Positions 63,094-64,000 of a DNA stretch of 64,000 bases are shown one piece after another (positions within the stretch are counted from its first letter, which is position 1; the number at the start of each line of letters is the position of its first letter). The stretch comes from Candidatus Poribacteria bacterium (GTDB taxonomy: Bacteria > Poribacteria > WGA-4E > WGA-3G). Made by a program: the position numbers and the translations under genes. The stretch is from assembly GCA_963665235.2 (NCBI GenBank), contig CAXXLX010000002.1, positions 288,001 to 352,000 on the forward strand, read 5' to 3'. The notes beneath the pieces were generated by a model. That model worked only from the letters and a program-made list of their open reading frames with translations. It did not search any database and had not been told where the DNA came from.

Positions 63094-63580
63094 TTTTCAT
63101 TTCAGTCGCCTTTGTGGCAAATAGTTCGATGCTGAGCTACATAGCGTGAGCATGGCATCAAATATTTTGATTGTGCTGCACGCTTCTATGCGTTAGCATT
63201 ATTCACCCCGTAGCAACCTATTCCTCCTTCGGCATGCACTTTGTCTTCTGTCGGAGTGCTCTCCTCGGAGCGCTCTCCTATGTCCCAATATAAGTGTTTT
63301 GAATCGTAGCCTCCGCTCACCTGCGGCCGTTGTTGCAGACAGGTTTGTTGTTAAATTAGCTTGTACCTATAGATGCAGGAGGTCCTTTATCTTAGGTATA
63401 TTATACAGTTACTTTAGAATTAAATCAACAAAATGTTTCATGGATGTTCTAAGGTTTGGACATTTTGTTGAAAATAGTTGTCAGAAAGAGGCGTTTTGAT
63501 GCTTTCCAAACCGGTTTGGTGCCTTGCGTCACCTCTTATAGAAAACGATTTGTCAGGGTTCTATAGGTTCACCTGACCTA

Positions 63581-64000
63581 CTAATAGCCGAACCATTCTT
63601 TTACGTGGCGGACGAGTCGGTGGAGCGGGCCCCTGCCTCGTTGCGATAATCGGGCGTGTCTTTCCGCTTGTTGTGAGTATTCACTGTAAAGCACTAATCC
63701 CAGCCCAGTAGCATACGTCGGATAATTGACACGGTCTGTCAGTCCCCCGAGTGTCTTTGGGTATCCGACTTGTGCGCGAAGCGGTATTATCTGTTCCGCC
63801 AATTCTGGCAGCCCTTCCATCAAGGCTGTTCCGCCTGTCAAAACAAGCCCGCCGGGGAGTTCCATGTCTCCAAGCTCACCAGCTATGTGTTCTAAAAGCT
63901 CGACCATCCGGTATTGAATCACTTCTGTGAGTTCAATTCGGCTGATAAAACGGGGGCGGTTGGAACCGCTGGCTATCTGAATGGGGTGAGCGTCATCGTC
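63581..64000 (-). CDS. ftsA: cell division protein FtsA (3' part)
   Basis: GLVLTGGTALMEG, PTYATGLGLV, terminal amphipathic VKEWF; upstream of ftsZ. Confidence 0.88.
   Translation of the reverse strand, partial: DDDAHPIQIASGSNRPRFISRIELTEVIQYRMVELLEHIAGELGDMELPGGLVLTGGTALMEGLPELAEQIIPLRAQVGYPKTLGGLTDRVNYPTYATGLGLVLYSEYSQQAERHARLSQRGRGPLHRLVRHVKEWFGY

Overview
Bacterial genomic window whose repertoire (ASPIC/UnbV FG-GAP proteins, LamG proteins ending KL(A/T)TTWG.(I/L)K, FlgD-Ig 'NxPNPFNPETWIPY' C-terminal domains, YWTD repeats, very dense REP/MITE repeats) points to Candidatus Poribacteria; this taxonomy is inferred. Core genes: xylF-like SBP, a Fur-boxed iron-uptake operon (porin, imelysin, di-haem oxidoreductase), selA, AddA-like helicase, pyrF, fpr, argJ, ftsA/ftsZ and tRNA-Gly/Cys/Val. 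The highlight is three IS200/IS605-type RNA-guided (OMEGA) elements with related end hairpins. (1) An IsrB + omega-RNA element sits exactly between the argJ Shine-Dalgarno and its ATGA start. The host 5'UTR would become the guide, and the element end supplies a TAA-ATG in frame with argJ. (2) A tnpA-tnpB element with a broken HUH motif splits a lipoprotein gene at TTTAT. (3) A 401-bp protein-free element carries a consensus promoter and a reRNA-like end. Also present: a frameshifted R-S-E ADP-ribosyltransferase-like gene, a modular surface-protein locus with a poly-C leader, several MITE families and a 24-bp insertion sequence. Several single-base frameshifts may be assembly errors.
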